Part shown: one piece after another, positions 47,586 through 59,243 of the stretch | Position numbering within the stretch: position 1 is the first letter of the stretch | Layout: each line of letters opens with the position of its first letter | From: Rhizodiscina lignyota | Taxonomy: Eukaryota | Length of the DNA stretch: 64,000 bases | Assembly (NCBI GenBank): GCA_010015805.1 | Contig: ML978125.1 | Coordinates: 1,426,001-1,490,000, forward strand | Reading direction: 5' to 3' | Translations under genes and position numbers: made by a program | Notes under the pieces: generated by a model | The model's database searches: none | Told to the model about the DNA's origin: nothing | What the model saw: the letters and a program-made list of their open reading frames with translations, nothing else

Positions 47586-49403
47586 ATGAGGATCTCATTC
47601 GTTCTCGCCCTATTGGGCTTGTTCCGCTTCGCAATAGCGATTTCTGAGAATTGTACTGTGGATGAGATATCTCCTTCAAAGACGCTTACCTGGTGTCCTT
47701 GCAACGACGGGCTTTTCTGTGCTAAGCTTGATGTTGGCTCGCTTTTCCATAGTATTTTGTGTCGCATGCTAAAAGTTCTCTAGGTACCGCTTGATTATCA
47801 GAACCATCGTCTTGGTCGAGCTTCTGTCCCTCTAATCAAGGTTGCTGCCCATTCCAACTCCTCTGATGGACCCTACCAGGGCATCGTACCCCTGAACCCT
47901 GGCGGACCTGGAGGTTCGGGTATCAGCGAAGCTGTAGAAAATGGGAGCACCATTCAGGCCGTGTTGGGAACTAACTGGGATGTCGTCGGATTCGACCCAA
48001 GAGGCATGTGGCTCAGCGAGCCTGTAGCCAACTGCTCAGCCAACACCGTTCCACATCAAAATATTACCTTCCGGCCCCGATCGGTCCCCAGAGTCACCGA
48101 TGAATATTTCAACAGCTATATCGAGTTCAGTAAGGAACTCGGTAAGCGATGTGAGAAAGAAACGGGAGGAGAAAGGGATGCCGGTCCACACATGTCTACC
48201 GCAGTTACCGCAAGGGACATGCTCAGCATCGTAAATGCGTTTTGCAAAAACAGAAGATGGTAAAGGAGCGTCTAAACCTTGTCATCTTTTGAATTACTAC
48301 GGAATCAGCTATGGTACATTCCTCGGGCAGACTTTTGCTTCTATGTTTCCAGAAAGAGTGGGCAATGTGGTCTTGGATGGCGGTGTGAGTACGGAAGGTT
48401 ACTTGGCCGATGCCACTTCCGCAGCCGTTTACCACCTGGACGGCATTATCGCAGCCTTCTTCATATACTGCCACGAGGCAGGACCATCAAATTGTTCGTA
48501 CTACACTGGATCCACCCCCAAAGGCATTTATGAACGGTTCAATCGATCGTTTGTACAGCTTGATCCTCGCAAAGCGGAGGCCGAAAATTGGTCGAACGCT
48601 ACAGATCTCGAATCAGCCTTGCTCACTTTGAAGGTTGCACTCTTGAGTGCAGCGGATGCGCTACTCTCATTTTTCGGCTTGTTACCTGAACTTTTCCTGG
48701 GCCTCGAAACCGCTGTTGCGTCACAGGATATCCGTCCGTGGACGGAACAAGTCCAGAAGATCCTAGCCGTTGGTGATCCTGGCCCGATCAGTTGGCAAAA
48801 TCCAGAATGGAACCTCGGTGTTCTGTGCTCAGATCAGGGCAACAAGTGGTACAACAAGACGTTACAAGACTGGAGGCCCCCGCTCAAGGAGCTTGAGGAC
48901 GAGAGCATCATTGGGGAGGTTTGGAGCAGGTCAGCGCTGGGATGTTCCGGCTGGTCGATCAAGTCCAACGACATCTTCACTGGACCATTTGGTGGTGACA
49001 CGGCAACACCAATCCTCTTTGTGAGCAACACTTATGACCCGGTGACGCCTATTGAAAAGTTAGTAGTCTCCATTCACCAAAGTTTTCGAAGCTCATAGGG
49101 TTATAGCTCCTTCTCGTCGGCGCCCAATTATAAGGATGCTCAGGTGCCTACCGTTGATGGAATGGGTGTAAGTGCAGTATCAGTGATCAAAATGAACTGT
49201 TGATGCTAATCGATTCAAAGCACACAAGCTCCAGTTCGTATAACCTTTGCGGCTTCGCAAAGGTGAGAGCCTACTTCCAGACCAACCAGTTGCCTGGTAA
49301 CGACTCTTTCTGTCCACTCGAAGCAGGCCCTTTCAATATTATCCTGAATGGAACATTGAAGGCAAGCATAGAGCGCGCCGGTCTATCGGATCTTGTTCAT
49401 TGA
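47586..49403 (+). pseudogene. Secreted alpha/beta hydrolase (tripeptidyl-aminopeptidase/TAP-like) with a +1 frameshift at about 48240-48243
   Basis: Signal peptide, CAKLD|VPLDY, NPGGPGGSG, GFDPRG, YYGISYGT, DPVTP; frame switches at GCG-TTTT-GCA with no intron signals. Confidence 0.75.
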
Positions 49404-49675
49404 GGGCGAAGGCTCGGACACACTCGAATAATTAAGGCTAGCTTAGATATATACTATGGATATCTACATATGGCGTCTTAGATTCTTTTGCCTTTCGATT
49501 AGATATTGTGATTTCCCTTTTCGTCGATAAGTCATATATTTAATGAGCCTAAGTTTGTGAGAATTTCTTCAATCAATCACCACTTTCTACCAATGAGCAT
49601 GAAGGCGTGAGGGAAGGTGAGCATACATGATACGATATTACTATTTCCTCCACCAGTGCTGCTTTCTTTCCCTCT

Positions 49676-50962
49676 TCAATGTACATTTCTCTTCCTCCAC
49701 ATCCAGCTCCAATGCTTTGTCGGATCATTCATGAGCTCGTCCCACATGCCTAAATCCCGTCCGTGCGGCCCATATCTTTGCCCGCTTTTCTCTCGTGCCA
49801 ACGTGGCATACTCCTTCGCACGTTTCTTGTCCCGGACAGCATTATACGCCAATGCCGCATGGCCGTACGCGACATCCATAAACGCGTCAAGCCCTTCAGA
49901 CTCAGAGAGTTTAATAAGCTCCAAGGCCTTCTCCGGCGTGGCGTCTCGCGTTTTCCAATTCCCAAGCAGTCCTTGCAGCTCGTGGATCTGACCCAACGTC
50001 CGGTCAGAAGCTGCATCATTCGTGCACCGGCGGCATGTACAGGTGAATCCAAACGAAGACAGGTGCTCCTGGCGCCCGGCGTGTGTGGCAAAGGGATCAA
50101 CGTAGGAAACGGTTATCTCTTCGCCCTCCGCAATTTCCCGCGAGGCGTGCACGTAATGCGTCAGTTGCGAGTGATCCAGGTAATATTGGGCGTTGGGTCC
50201 GCAGTCGTGGTTTAGCCGGCTGGGCTCTGGGATGAGGGACAAGTGCATCGTGGGGCCGACGGCGAGCTCGAAGGAGTTGGACTTGAGAATGTCTGAGCAT
50301 ATTATGTGGGGATTGTTGTATTGAGTTGAGAGGTTGAGGAAGTTAGCGCTTGTTGAAGGAGGAAGCTGGTCTACGGCAAGACGGATGAGGCCCTCCGCCG
50401 TATTTTTGAAACTGCTTATCTCGGGATGAACAAGAACCACCGGCTGGTAAGCTGCTATCAGGGAGCCGGCTGGGATGGATTCAGTGGCAACAAGGCCCAT
50501 TCCCTTATTTGCGATCGGGGTTGCCTTCCAAGGCTGACGTGAAGGAGATGTGTTGACATTGGTAGGCGTATGATCCAGAACAAATGGCTCGAGGGACGCA
50601 AATTCCAAGGCTATGTCTTCGGTTGTAATGATTGATATGCCCCGACCTGAGCTGAAAGACGCGTTGGTGAAGATGCAGAGTGGGGCATTGAGGCTGCTGA
50701 CGATGTCTGTGCAAATCGGTGGGTGCGTCCAAGGGAAAAAGTCAGAGATCGTATCAAAAGATTCACTCTTCTTGACCAACGAAGGGACGTCAATTTCTGA
50801 CGCCCGTTCAGAGCCTCCAGATACCGAGCAGTCTAAATTTGAAGAGAGAGAGAGGACGAAATCCGGACATTGCTCCCATAAAACGGTGAGGGGCCATGCG
50901 ACGTGCAGACACAAGAAGAACGCAACAAACGAGATAAATGGAAATGCGAATGGGCTAGACAT
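49676..50962 (-). CDS. SET-domain protein with hydrophobic N-terminus and helical (TPR-like) C-terminus
   Basis: KGMGLVA, SRLNHDCGPNA, GEEITVSY, post-SET FTCTCRRC. Confidence 0.88.
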   Translation of the reverse strand: MSSPFAFPFISFVAFFLCLHVAWPLTVLWEQCPDFVLSLSSNLDCSVSGGSERASEIDVPSLVKKSESFDTISDFFPWTHPPICTDIVSSLNAPLCIFTNASFSSGRGISIITTEDIALEFASLEPFVLDHTPTNVNTSPSRQPWKATPIANKGMGLVATESIPAGSLIAAYQPVVLVHPEISSFKNTAEGLIRLAVDQLPPSTSANFLNLSTQYNNPHIICSDILKSNSFELAVGPTMHLSLIPEPSRLNHDCGPNAQYYLDHSQLTHYVHASREIAEGEEITVSYVDPFATHAGRQEHLSSFGFTCTCRRCTNDAASDRTLGQIHELQGLLGNWKTRDATPEKALELIKLSESEGLDAFMDVAYGHAALAYNAVRDKKRAKEYATLAREKSGQRYGPHGRDLGMWDELMNDPTKHWSWMWRKRNVH

Positions 50963-51386
50963 TTGCTATGGCTAGCATCTATTGCGTATATGAAACGCTC
51001 TCATCAGCAAAGTTTTTGAAGAATGGAGTCCTAAAGGAACTCTTACGCCCAGCTTCAGGCGCTTACGGAAGGGGGCCTGGGGATGAACGAGATGCGCTAA
51101 TCACAAATCAGGACTAGCGGCATTCATTCTGTAGTCCTTCCCGCAAGCTTTTGATCAGGTCAACTTTCAGTATTTAATCAATGGACGCTGAGAGACATGT
51201 TTCTCACATCGACCTTCTCTTGTGGCAGTCCACTTTCGGTCTGGCTCACGAGCTAACTGCCAAGACGAATTTCAACAGCGTCCTTTTCATACTTCGAACG
51301 TTTCAGTCAACTCGCAGTCTCGTTCACTTTTAAACTACAGAATCCAGCCTTCTTGGTCCAAATAAACTCAGTTGAAATCTGTCGAC

Positions 51387-52208
51387 ATGGACGACCCTGA
51401 GAACTCGCCCGCTGCTCAACATCTTCGAGATGCCATCTACCACGGAGACGTCACCCGAGTGATACAGCTTCTGGACGTCGAGCGCGCCCCGCTGTCGGTC
51501 CTGAACCACAGTACTGTCTCTCAGAATACATCAGTTGAACTGCTCGAAACCCTTGTCGATCGAGGCTACGACATCAATCGGCCCGGATTGCAGAACACCA
51601 ACGAGCATGGCCGCACGCTCATCGACTATCCAGGCGTACTGAAGAAAGAAGCCGTAGTGCGCTGGCTCGTCGAGCACGGCGCGCGTCTTGACCGCGGGCA
51701 GGAAGAGTACATGGTGGTACCGATGCCTGCGCCCCTCCTCGAGACTGCTGCTGTTTATGCATCCGTCCCGACTTTCAAACTACTGCAGGAGCACGGAGCG
51801 AAACTGGGTAGACGGACACTCCATTGCGCTGTGGAGTACGCGGCAGGGATAAGTCTGGATCCGGTGGCAGATCTTGCATCTCCGATGTTCGATCCGAAGA
51901 AGAAGTTCGGCGAGGACAGGAAGCGCTTGGTCGAGATGTTGCCGTTCTTGGTCAATGAGCTTGGGCTGGACGTCAATGCGGTCGACACTGAGAAGGTTCC
52001 ACGTCCCTCCGGTCATTACGGCACACCGTTGTGCTATGCCGCTTACAACAACGGCGTTGGTGTTGTGAAGTGGTTGTTGTCGAAGGGTGCAGATCCTATG
52101 TTGGGTGGTGACGAGGCGTTAGATGCCGGACTTATGGCGAAGGCGATGAAAAATGAGAAGGTTTTGAAGGTGCTTGAGGAGTGGCAGCAGAGCAGAAAGT
52201 CAACTTAG
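51387..52208 (+). CDS. Ankyrin-repeat protein
   Basis: LVDRGYDIN, WLVEHGA, TLHCAV, LGLDVNA, GTPLCYAA...WLLSKGADP. Confidence 0.85.
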   Translation: MDDPENSPAAQHLRDAIYHGDVTRVIQLLDVERAPLSVLNHSTVSQNTSVELLETLVDRGYDINRPGLQNTNEHGRTLIDYPGVLKKEAVVRWLVEHGARLDRGQEEYMVVPMPAPLLETAAVYASVPTFKLLQEHGAKLGRRTLHCAVEYAAGISLDPVADLASPMFDPKKKFGEDRKRLVEMLPFLVNELGLDVNAVDTEKVPRPSGHYGTPLCYAAYNNGVGVVKWLLSKGADPMLGGDEALDAGLMAKAMKNEKVLKVLEEWQQSRKST

Positions 52209-52377
52209 ACCTGCTTGAATCTTTATTTGGCGCAGCACATTCAGGGTTTAGTCAAGGGATGGATTCTGAAAAGAACAAGGTTCAACCTTTCTACGTAAGT
52301 CTTGGGTATATACAATAGAATCGAAATATATCTAACGGCCCAACAGTACAACATTTTGTACCTTTAACCGGCATTTT

Positions 52378-55300
52378 CTAATGCCACGGGCAAGAGAACC
52401 AACAATCCATCTGTCGAACCCCAGGACAGTCCGGATCACTACAAGAGCAACCCCAGAAAGAGTCAGACAGCATATCCCATTTTCCAGTATTACACCAAGC
52501 CTGTGCCGTCTTATCACTATCCTTAGATGTCCAACTCTCGCCGGCTAGCGTGAATTGGACATAGTCGCCCTTGTGTTCTCCCGTGACAATGAGAGGATCC
52601 TGCAAGGGGCTGGTGAATGCATGACCACCTTGGTTTGCATTGATGGTCTCTTCATCGGTCGGCGCCAGGATCTGGGTGCCAACTGCATCCCAGATTTGGA
52701 GGACGGCGGCGAGATTGGTGGCGTCGTCGTTATCGCAGAGCAAGTGCTCCCATAGATGCAGGTGACATTTGTCGACATTACCAGCCGAATCAGTGCCGGT
52801 CGGTGCATAAGGTAACTGTGTGGTTGTGGATGGCGGAGGTGGTGGCATTGTCGTGGGACAGGTGTTACCAGGACCTCCGTCAGGCGTGATGGTGGTTGTT
52901 GTAGTACCTTGGGCACACGTGCAGAGGCCATCACCATCCTCTAAGCTAGGATTGCTGCAGCTGAAGCCTGTTGAAGAGGGTGCTGGCGGTGATGAAGTTG
53001 TTGCTGGCACAGTTTGGACTGGTCCAGAGGGGAAACCAGAGATCGTCGTTGGACAAGAGTTTCCAGGTCCTCCGGCAGGAGTGACAGTAGTTGTTTGGGT
53101 GCCCACATTGCACGTGCAGAGCCCATCGCCATCTTCCAAGCTAGGATTGCTGCAATACATAGAAGCTGTGACCGGAGCGGAGCTTGATCCAGTCGAGAGT
53201 GGAACGGTTGCCCCCGTGGACAATGGCACGGTTGCACCGGTCGAAAGTGGCACGCTATGTGGGACGCTACCCGACGTCGCACCAGTGCTGAGAGGAATCG
53301 AGGTGGGCGCGTTGGAGGTGGAGTTAGCGGGTAGAGCGCTAGACGTGCCAACGGAGACGGGCTGTGTGTTCGAGATTGGCGGAACAACAGTGCCAGACTG
53401 TGAGCCCGAGGCAGAAGCAGATGCGGAGGCCGATATAGAGGAACTGGGGTTAAGAGGACATGAACCATCACGTTTCTGCTTCTGGGAGCATGCGGTCCAC
53501 TGGTACTCATAAGGTTGATCTTCCAACCACACCCGATAGACTTTTTGGCTCGAGTCCGACGTTGTTCCAGCCGGGTCGTATTCGACGAGCACTTTGCCAA
53601 CTATAATGGTATTAGTTCATGTTGATGGCAATGGAAACATCTGGGGAAAGTATAACAACTCACCTGCTGCACTGTCGCTGTCAGTTGGATGCTCGTAGAA
53701 CCTCTGGGTGACCGGAACATTGGGGAAAGGTGCGCCATCTCCAGTCTTCAGTACATCGAGAATGTCATTCAGCTTGTCTTTATAACGTGGCTCAAGGGGG
53801 AGGGGGTCGAAGTTCTCATCGAAATCTTCTGGCGCAGATGGCGTTGAAATGTAAATCTGGACATCGTTGTCCGTAGTCGGGTTCAATATCCCACCCTCGC
53901 CGGCGAGACTAGATGGTGCTTTCATGGGTCCCTTCAAACCCGGAACGACACCCCCTGAATAACCATTCTTTAGAGCATCCATGAGATTATTCCATCGTGT
54001 TACCTCTTCAGGGCTGCGGGATAGAAAGCCAGGTTCCATCAAGTGCGTAAACCAGAATCCACTTTTAGAGGCGATTACAATTGCAGTGCAGCCTCTTAGA
54101 CCCTGGATCCATTTCGTCAACGCACTGTTGCCAAAATCGAAGTCCGCGGAGACCGCATCCGATGCAGCATAACCCCAATCAAGCTCTCCAGACGGATTGG
54201 CACTGATCTGCTGAGGCACGTACTGAGAACCCTGTATCGAGTTCAAATCTGGCACTGTCCGCTTGTCCAGGGTGTCAGGATCAGCTTGGCGCTTGCGGGA
54301 TGAGGCTCCCGTGTCTGTTGGCTCCGGTACACCAGTAGCTGGGGCTATGCATCCTGCCGAATGACAGTTGAAATCGCACACATTGTAGACCGATGAACTT
54401 CCAGTGCTCGTTGAGACAGTTGACGTGACGGTGGTTCCCGTAACACTGCAAGCTGTGATGGTTTCGCATGCCATGGTTGTGATTGTGTCTATATCCGATG
54501 TTGTGATGGTGCCAGTAACAAAAAAGGAGGTTGAGAGCGTGATGGTTTCTGAGCAAGAAGTAGCAGTGGTGCTCGAAGTGCAGGAAGCCGAAGATGTGCT
54601 GCTGCTTGCTGAACTGCTCGAGTGATTGTCGTCGTCATTCGAGTCATCGTCCAATTGTGTCTTGATATCATTGAGGGTATCGGTGAGAATCTCTATTTCG
54701 TCCAACGGAGGAGGGACAACTTTGACAGCGTTAACCAAATTGCCAACCACCTCAGTGGCACAGCTAATAAGGCTGGCCACATCGGTGAGTTCATTTATAA
54801 TGCCTGAGATCAAGCTGCGCTTTCTCAGAGATGTTTGCGAGCATTCCGTTGGAGGCGTTGGTTTATTGTCCAAGTTGTTGAAGAGATTAAGAATATCCTC
54901 ATTGGTCTGCTCCACATCATCAATGTATTCCTGCTTGTGGTCGTCATCATTGATCCAGTCTCTATTACTCCAGAGACGGAAGAGTAGAGGACCTATGTCA
55001 ACAGCAGCCGAGGTTTCAGCAGCTCCAGAGACTGTTGACGTTGGCGGACTGTAGACTGGGAAAGCTGATGTTACAGGTGTAGGCTCTGGTGAACTACTTG
55101 ATGTGCTAGATCCCGTCGAGCTTGAAGAAAAGCCAGTTCCAAGTGGGACCGATGAAGCTGATGAAATCGGACCTGTTCCAAGAGGAATGCTCACTGAAGA
55201 GCTTGAGCCAGTGCCGAGGGGGATGCTGACTGACGAACTTGAGCCTGTGCCGAGGGGAACGCTCACTGAAGAGCTCGCGCCCGTGCCAAGGGGAATGGTC

Positions 55301-55842
55301 ACCGACGAACTCGCGCCTGTGCCAAGTGGAACACTGATTGATGAACTCGCGCCTGTGCCGAGGGGAATCGAGACCGACGAAGTTGGACCTGTGCCAAGGG
55401 GAATAGAAACTGATGAACTCGCGCCTGTCCCAAGAGGAACGCTTATTGATGAGCTCGGACCAGTTCCAAGAGGAATGCTAACTGAGGAAGTTGGGCCGGT
55501 CCCAAGAGGAACGCTAACTGGTGAACTCGAGCCTGTGCCGAGCGGAACGCTTATTGACGGACTTGGACCTGTCGAAAGAGGGATGGTCACAGAGGAACTC
55601 GGTGCTGTGAAGAGAGGGACACTCGATGCGGTGGTTATTGGATTTGTCGAAAGAATAATACTGGAGGAAGTGGAGGAAGTCGAAACCGAGGTCGAAGTGA
55701 CGCTGCTGTTGCTGTAAACCGGATAGGACGTTGCGGCGCCTGGCACGCCGGTTGAAAGATCCACTACATCTCGTGGGAATTTGAAGTTTGATGCTTGAAT
55801 GAAAGGCACAAGTAGAGTAAGGAGTGTAAGAAGATACGCCAT
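52378..55842 (-). CDS. Large secreted Ser/Thr-rich multidomain protein, about 1133 aa; intron 53601-53663
   Basis: Signal peptide MAYLLTLLTLLVPFIQA; two long ORFs joined in frame by a GTGAG..TAG intron; several KR sites. Confidence 0.85.
55130..55600. repeat. Coding minisatellite, about 36-bp unit encoding SSSVS(I/V)PLGTG(P/A/S), about 12 copies
   Basis: Visible in both the DNA and the translation. Confidence 0.92.
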
Positions 55843-57428
55843 ATTGAAAAGAATGGACGCGAAAAGAAACGAATGACACGGATCTCAAAATCAATATCAA
55901 ACGGATGGCAATGCGGAGGTCAAGGAGTACATATTGTAGCATCCGCCTTGAAATTGTGCTCGTTCAAATCCTTGCCTTTGCACATCGTCCATGGCTATAA
56001 TTGCTCAAGCCTACGATTGTTAGATTAGCTAAACGTCGGGCTGAAGGAATCCTGCTCAACGATATCCGTGCCTGAGAGCTTCGACGAAAAGGTTTCCTGC
56101 GCGATGCGGCGATGCCGCATGGAACAACCCGTAGTTGTCGGCAGCCACAGCCTCTCTCAGCCGTGCAACGAGGTCCATATTCGCGAGAGTGATTGGATTT
56201 CGGCATACCGGGCTAAAGTAAAGCCTGTTGGTGGCAGGTCCTTTCACTTCGGAGACAAAAGAGAGCCAGGCATGCTAGGGAACCTAATGGCCAGGCGCGA
56301 TGATCGCTCTAGAAGCGCACATTTACGGCACATTCGAGCAAGAGAGGCAATTCAGCCGTTCGTATAATTAGAAATCGGGAGAGCATATGGAAAGGGAATT
56401 TGGTTTGAAACGCACAAACGTTGTGCAGTCCATCCTCCCGCAACGCCACCAAAACGTAAATCACACGCCAAGTCCGTGGCTTCCGCATCACTTCCGCACA
56501 TTTAGATCGAGAAACTACGTCAACTTCTGTTTCTTCCCATGTAAATCGTGCTTTTGTGGGCGCGAATCGCGAATCCGACTCACACATACTGAGACTCACC
56601 AAAATTTCCTCGCAGCAAGTCCTCTCCATCGTTATTTCGTGCTTAATCATTATGCCAGGCTGGGCTGAACTTCCTTGGGTACATCAGGGGCGCGGCGGAA
56701 TTCGTTCGCGCTGTGGCGCTCCCTAGAGCATGGCCTACTCCACATTTCATATTGCGTAGCATCGCCGCGAAAAATCCTCGAAAATCCAATGTGCACCATC
56801 AATCCTGGTTTGGAGTCCAGCGAGTCGCACGCCCAATGGCTTCGTGGTCCAACAAGCTTGTACACGGTAACCTACGTCCGTTGGATGTCGCGCGATGTCG
56901 CTCGATGCTGCATCTCAGCGCTCGCGAGTGCTTGGGTCGGATTTGAGCTGCACTCCAGCGCCTGCGTTTAGGCGTAGCTAATAATGAACTTCGCGCAAAA
57001 CAGAGGTTCGAACTTTCCACCGTACCGATGCTCCATATCCGGACCGAGTTCGACCCATCTCACGCTCCGCAGCTGAATAGTGAGGATTCCTCTTGACTGA
57101 TGACTTCGTTCTCGCCAGTCCACCGCTGCGTTCATTGGGGAGACTCTACCGATAGGATGACGCGGAGGTGTGAGCTGGGCGATTCTCTCGAAAGAGTTTG
57201 CCCTGCATCACCTGCGATGCAGCGTCGAAGAACTCACAAATCATAGCTGCATGCTTGACTTCCGGTGAATTGAAGCAGCAGCTTGACCGCTGCAAATTGA
57301 ATGTAATCGAAAGCCGTCGAAAAACGCAGTTTATGAGTTGCAGACCGCTAAGTAATTATAAGTCTCACATGAAAACTTTCAATCTCATATTGGATCTCTC
57401 TGCACTCTTGTATGTTACGAAATTCGCA

Positions 57429-59092
57429 ATGTCTCGCTCCAAAAGAGCACGTTCTGCTCCCAAGGGGGCGGTCTCATCCCCACCAAGGCCAGTGGACGAC
57501 TTCCCACCAAAGTACAAGAAGCTAATCAATCGCTTCTACGAACCATTAATTCTGCTTCGCGTTCTCGGCCAGACCAGGGGTGGTCATTCTACTGTTCAAG
57601 AGCATGATACTAGAAGTCTACAGTGTACTCGGCGTCGCTTCCTCGCATGCCTGGCTTATGTCTGTGATTACGACAAAGGCGGCGACACTACGACGGCAAT
57701 TGCGATAGAACACAATCCGCAGAACAATGTGTTTTAGGTTGCCTCGAACGCCAAGAGAAAGAAAATATCAGAATTTTTGGCGAAGCTACTGGAAAGGCTT
57801 CGAGTCATAGCCACTTCTACGGCCGATGGGGATGGAGAAGATGAAATAGCCACCAAGTGTATCGACTTTGCAACACCAAGGATCAAGAAGGAAGTGGGGC
57901 TCTTGCGCAGTCGTATTGCACAATATCACAAGCGTTCAGCCGCTAGAGCGACTGAGCAAGGTAAGTGTAGACTGCCAATTGCAGCGTTAAGTTAGCAGTT
58001 CATTGACGCAACAGATATGATGCTCCTTGGCTGGCTTGGATACTTTCAGAATCCTGAAGCCCTTGTTTCCATATGTCAGTTTGCTTACGATGAAAGACGA
58101 TCGACATGGATGAAAGAGTTGGAGCAAAGGAGCCGTTCACCGCGGTACAAAAGCAGTGACGACGCGTCCCACGTAATGTTCAATTACATTAGGCATTACG
58201 TAGGAAGGCTTGCCGATCATATTCGCAAACCGAAACATCTCATCCAACATTGTCAGCAGTTGATATTTCTATTCGACAATTGGACTGTCAAGGGGGTGGA
58301 AGCTATGCAAGCGACACCGCGTCCGGAACACAGCCCTCAAACGAGCTTGCCCAATATTCTCAAACGGATGCTCCCGAAGGACGACCCAAAGCTACCCGAG
58401 TACGAAGGCGCCCTCACAGTTATGGACAGAGGCCACCATATCTCAGATGGCCTTCGGGAGTACTGGTCCGATCCTACTTTCCAGCCCAAGGTGCATGCCG
58501 AGATTCAGATACTAGAGCAATTCTACAACAACGGCCTAGCATTTGAGGATAACGATCCATATATCGCATGTAGTAAGCCAGCGTGCTTCTGCTGCCACTT
58601 GTACTTCCGCCACCACCCCTTGAAATGTGTGGAAGCAGACTCGCATCAGAAGGTCTATCACAACTGGGGTCCGCCAATGATCAATACGAAGGACGAGAAA
58701 GAATTCATGAGGCAGAGGGATATTCTGAATGAGATGGTAAAGGACATACGCAACGATGCTCTGAACCAGATCATTCAGCGGAGAGGCAGCCTCGCATGGC
58801 ATGCGGACTCGGTAACCGGTATTACGGAATCCGTACTCGCCGAAAGGGAACAAGCCGATGAATTGGACTCAGTAGATGGTAGTGCTCCGTCATACAATCC
58901 AGACTCAGGTAAGCTCTAATAGATTCTGCTAATGTAACTCTTCACTAACGTTCGATATAAACAGATGAGCTCTTTGACATGCCCGAGATTGATTCCGAAG
59001 CCGTCTCTTTCTGCTCCGATGCAGACGATCCCGAGTCAGACTCAGATGGCGGAGTCGCACTCGATATTACTGAACTGAGCGTATCACAGTGA
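57429..59092 (+). pseudogene. OTT_1508-like nucleic-acid deaminase gene with in-frame TAG at 57735-57737; introns 57961-58014 and 58909-58964
   Basis: HAEIQ...YIACSKPACFCC zinc motif; ORFs on both sides of the TAG are in the same frame. Confidence 0.78.
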
Positions 59093-59243
59093 TGCTCGGC
59101 GTATCATGTGTTGCCCGAGCATGCTAAGGCGTATGTTACTGGGACATTTGTTTCTTGTATTTCCTCTTATTTCACCTTTGCGGCTTGAACTCGTGATTCA
59201 AAGGCTAGACAAACTGGGCTGTCTTATTCATAATGTTAATGCT

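Noticed and set aside
55130..55600. 36-bp periodic array resembling CRISPR
   Set aside because: No unique spacers, in-frame coding repeat, eukaryotic context, no cas genes
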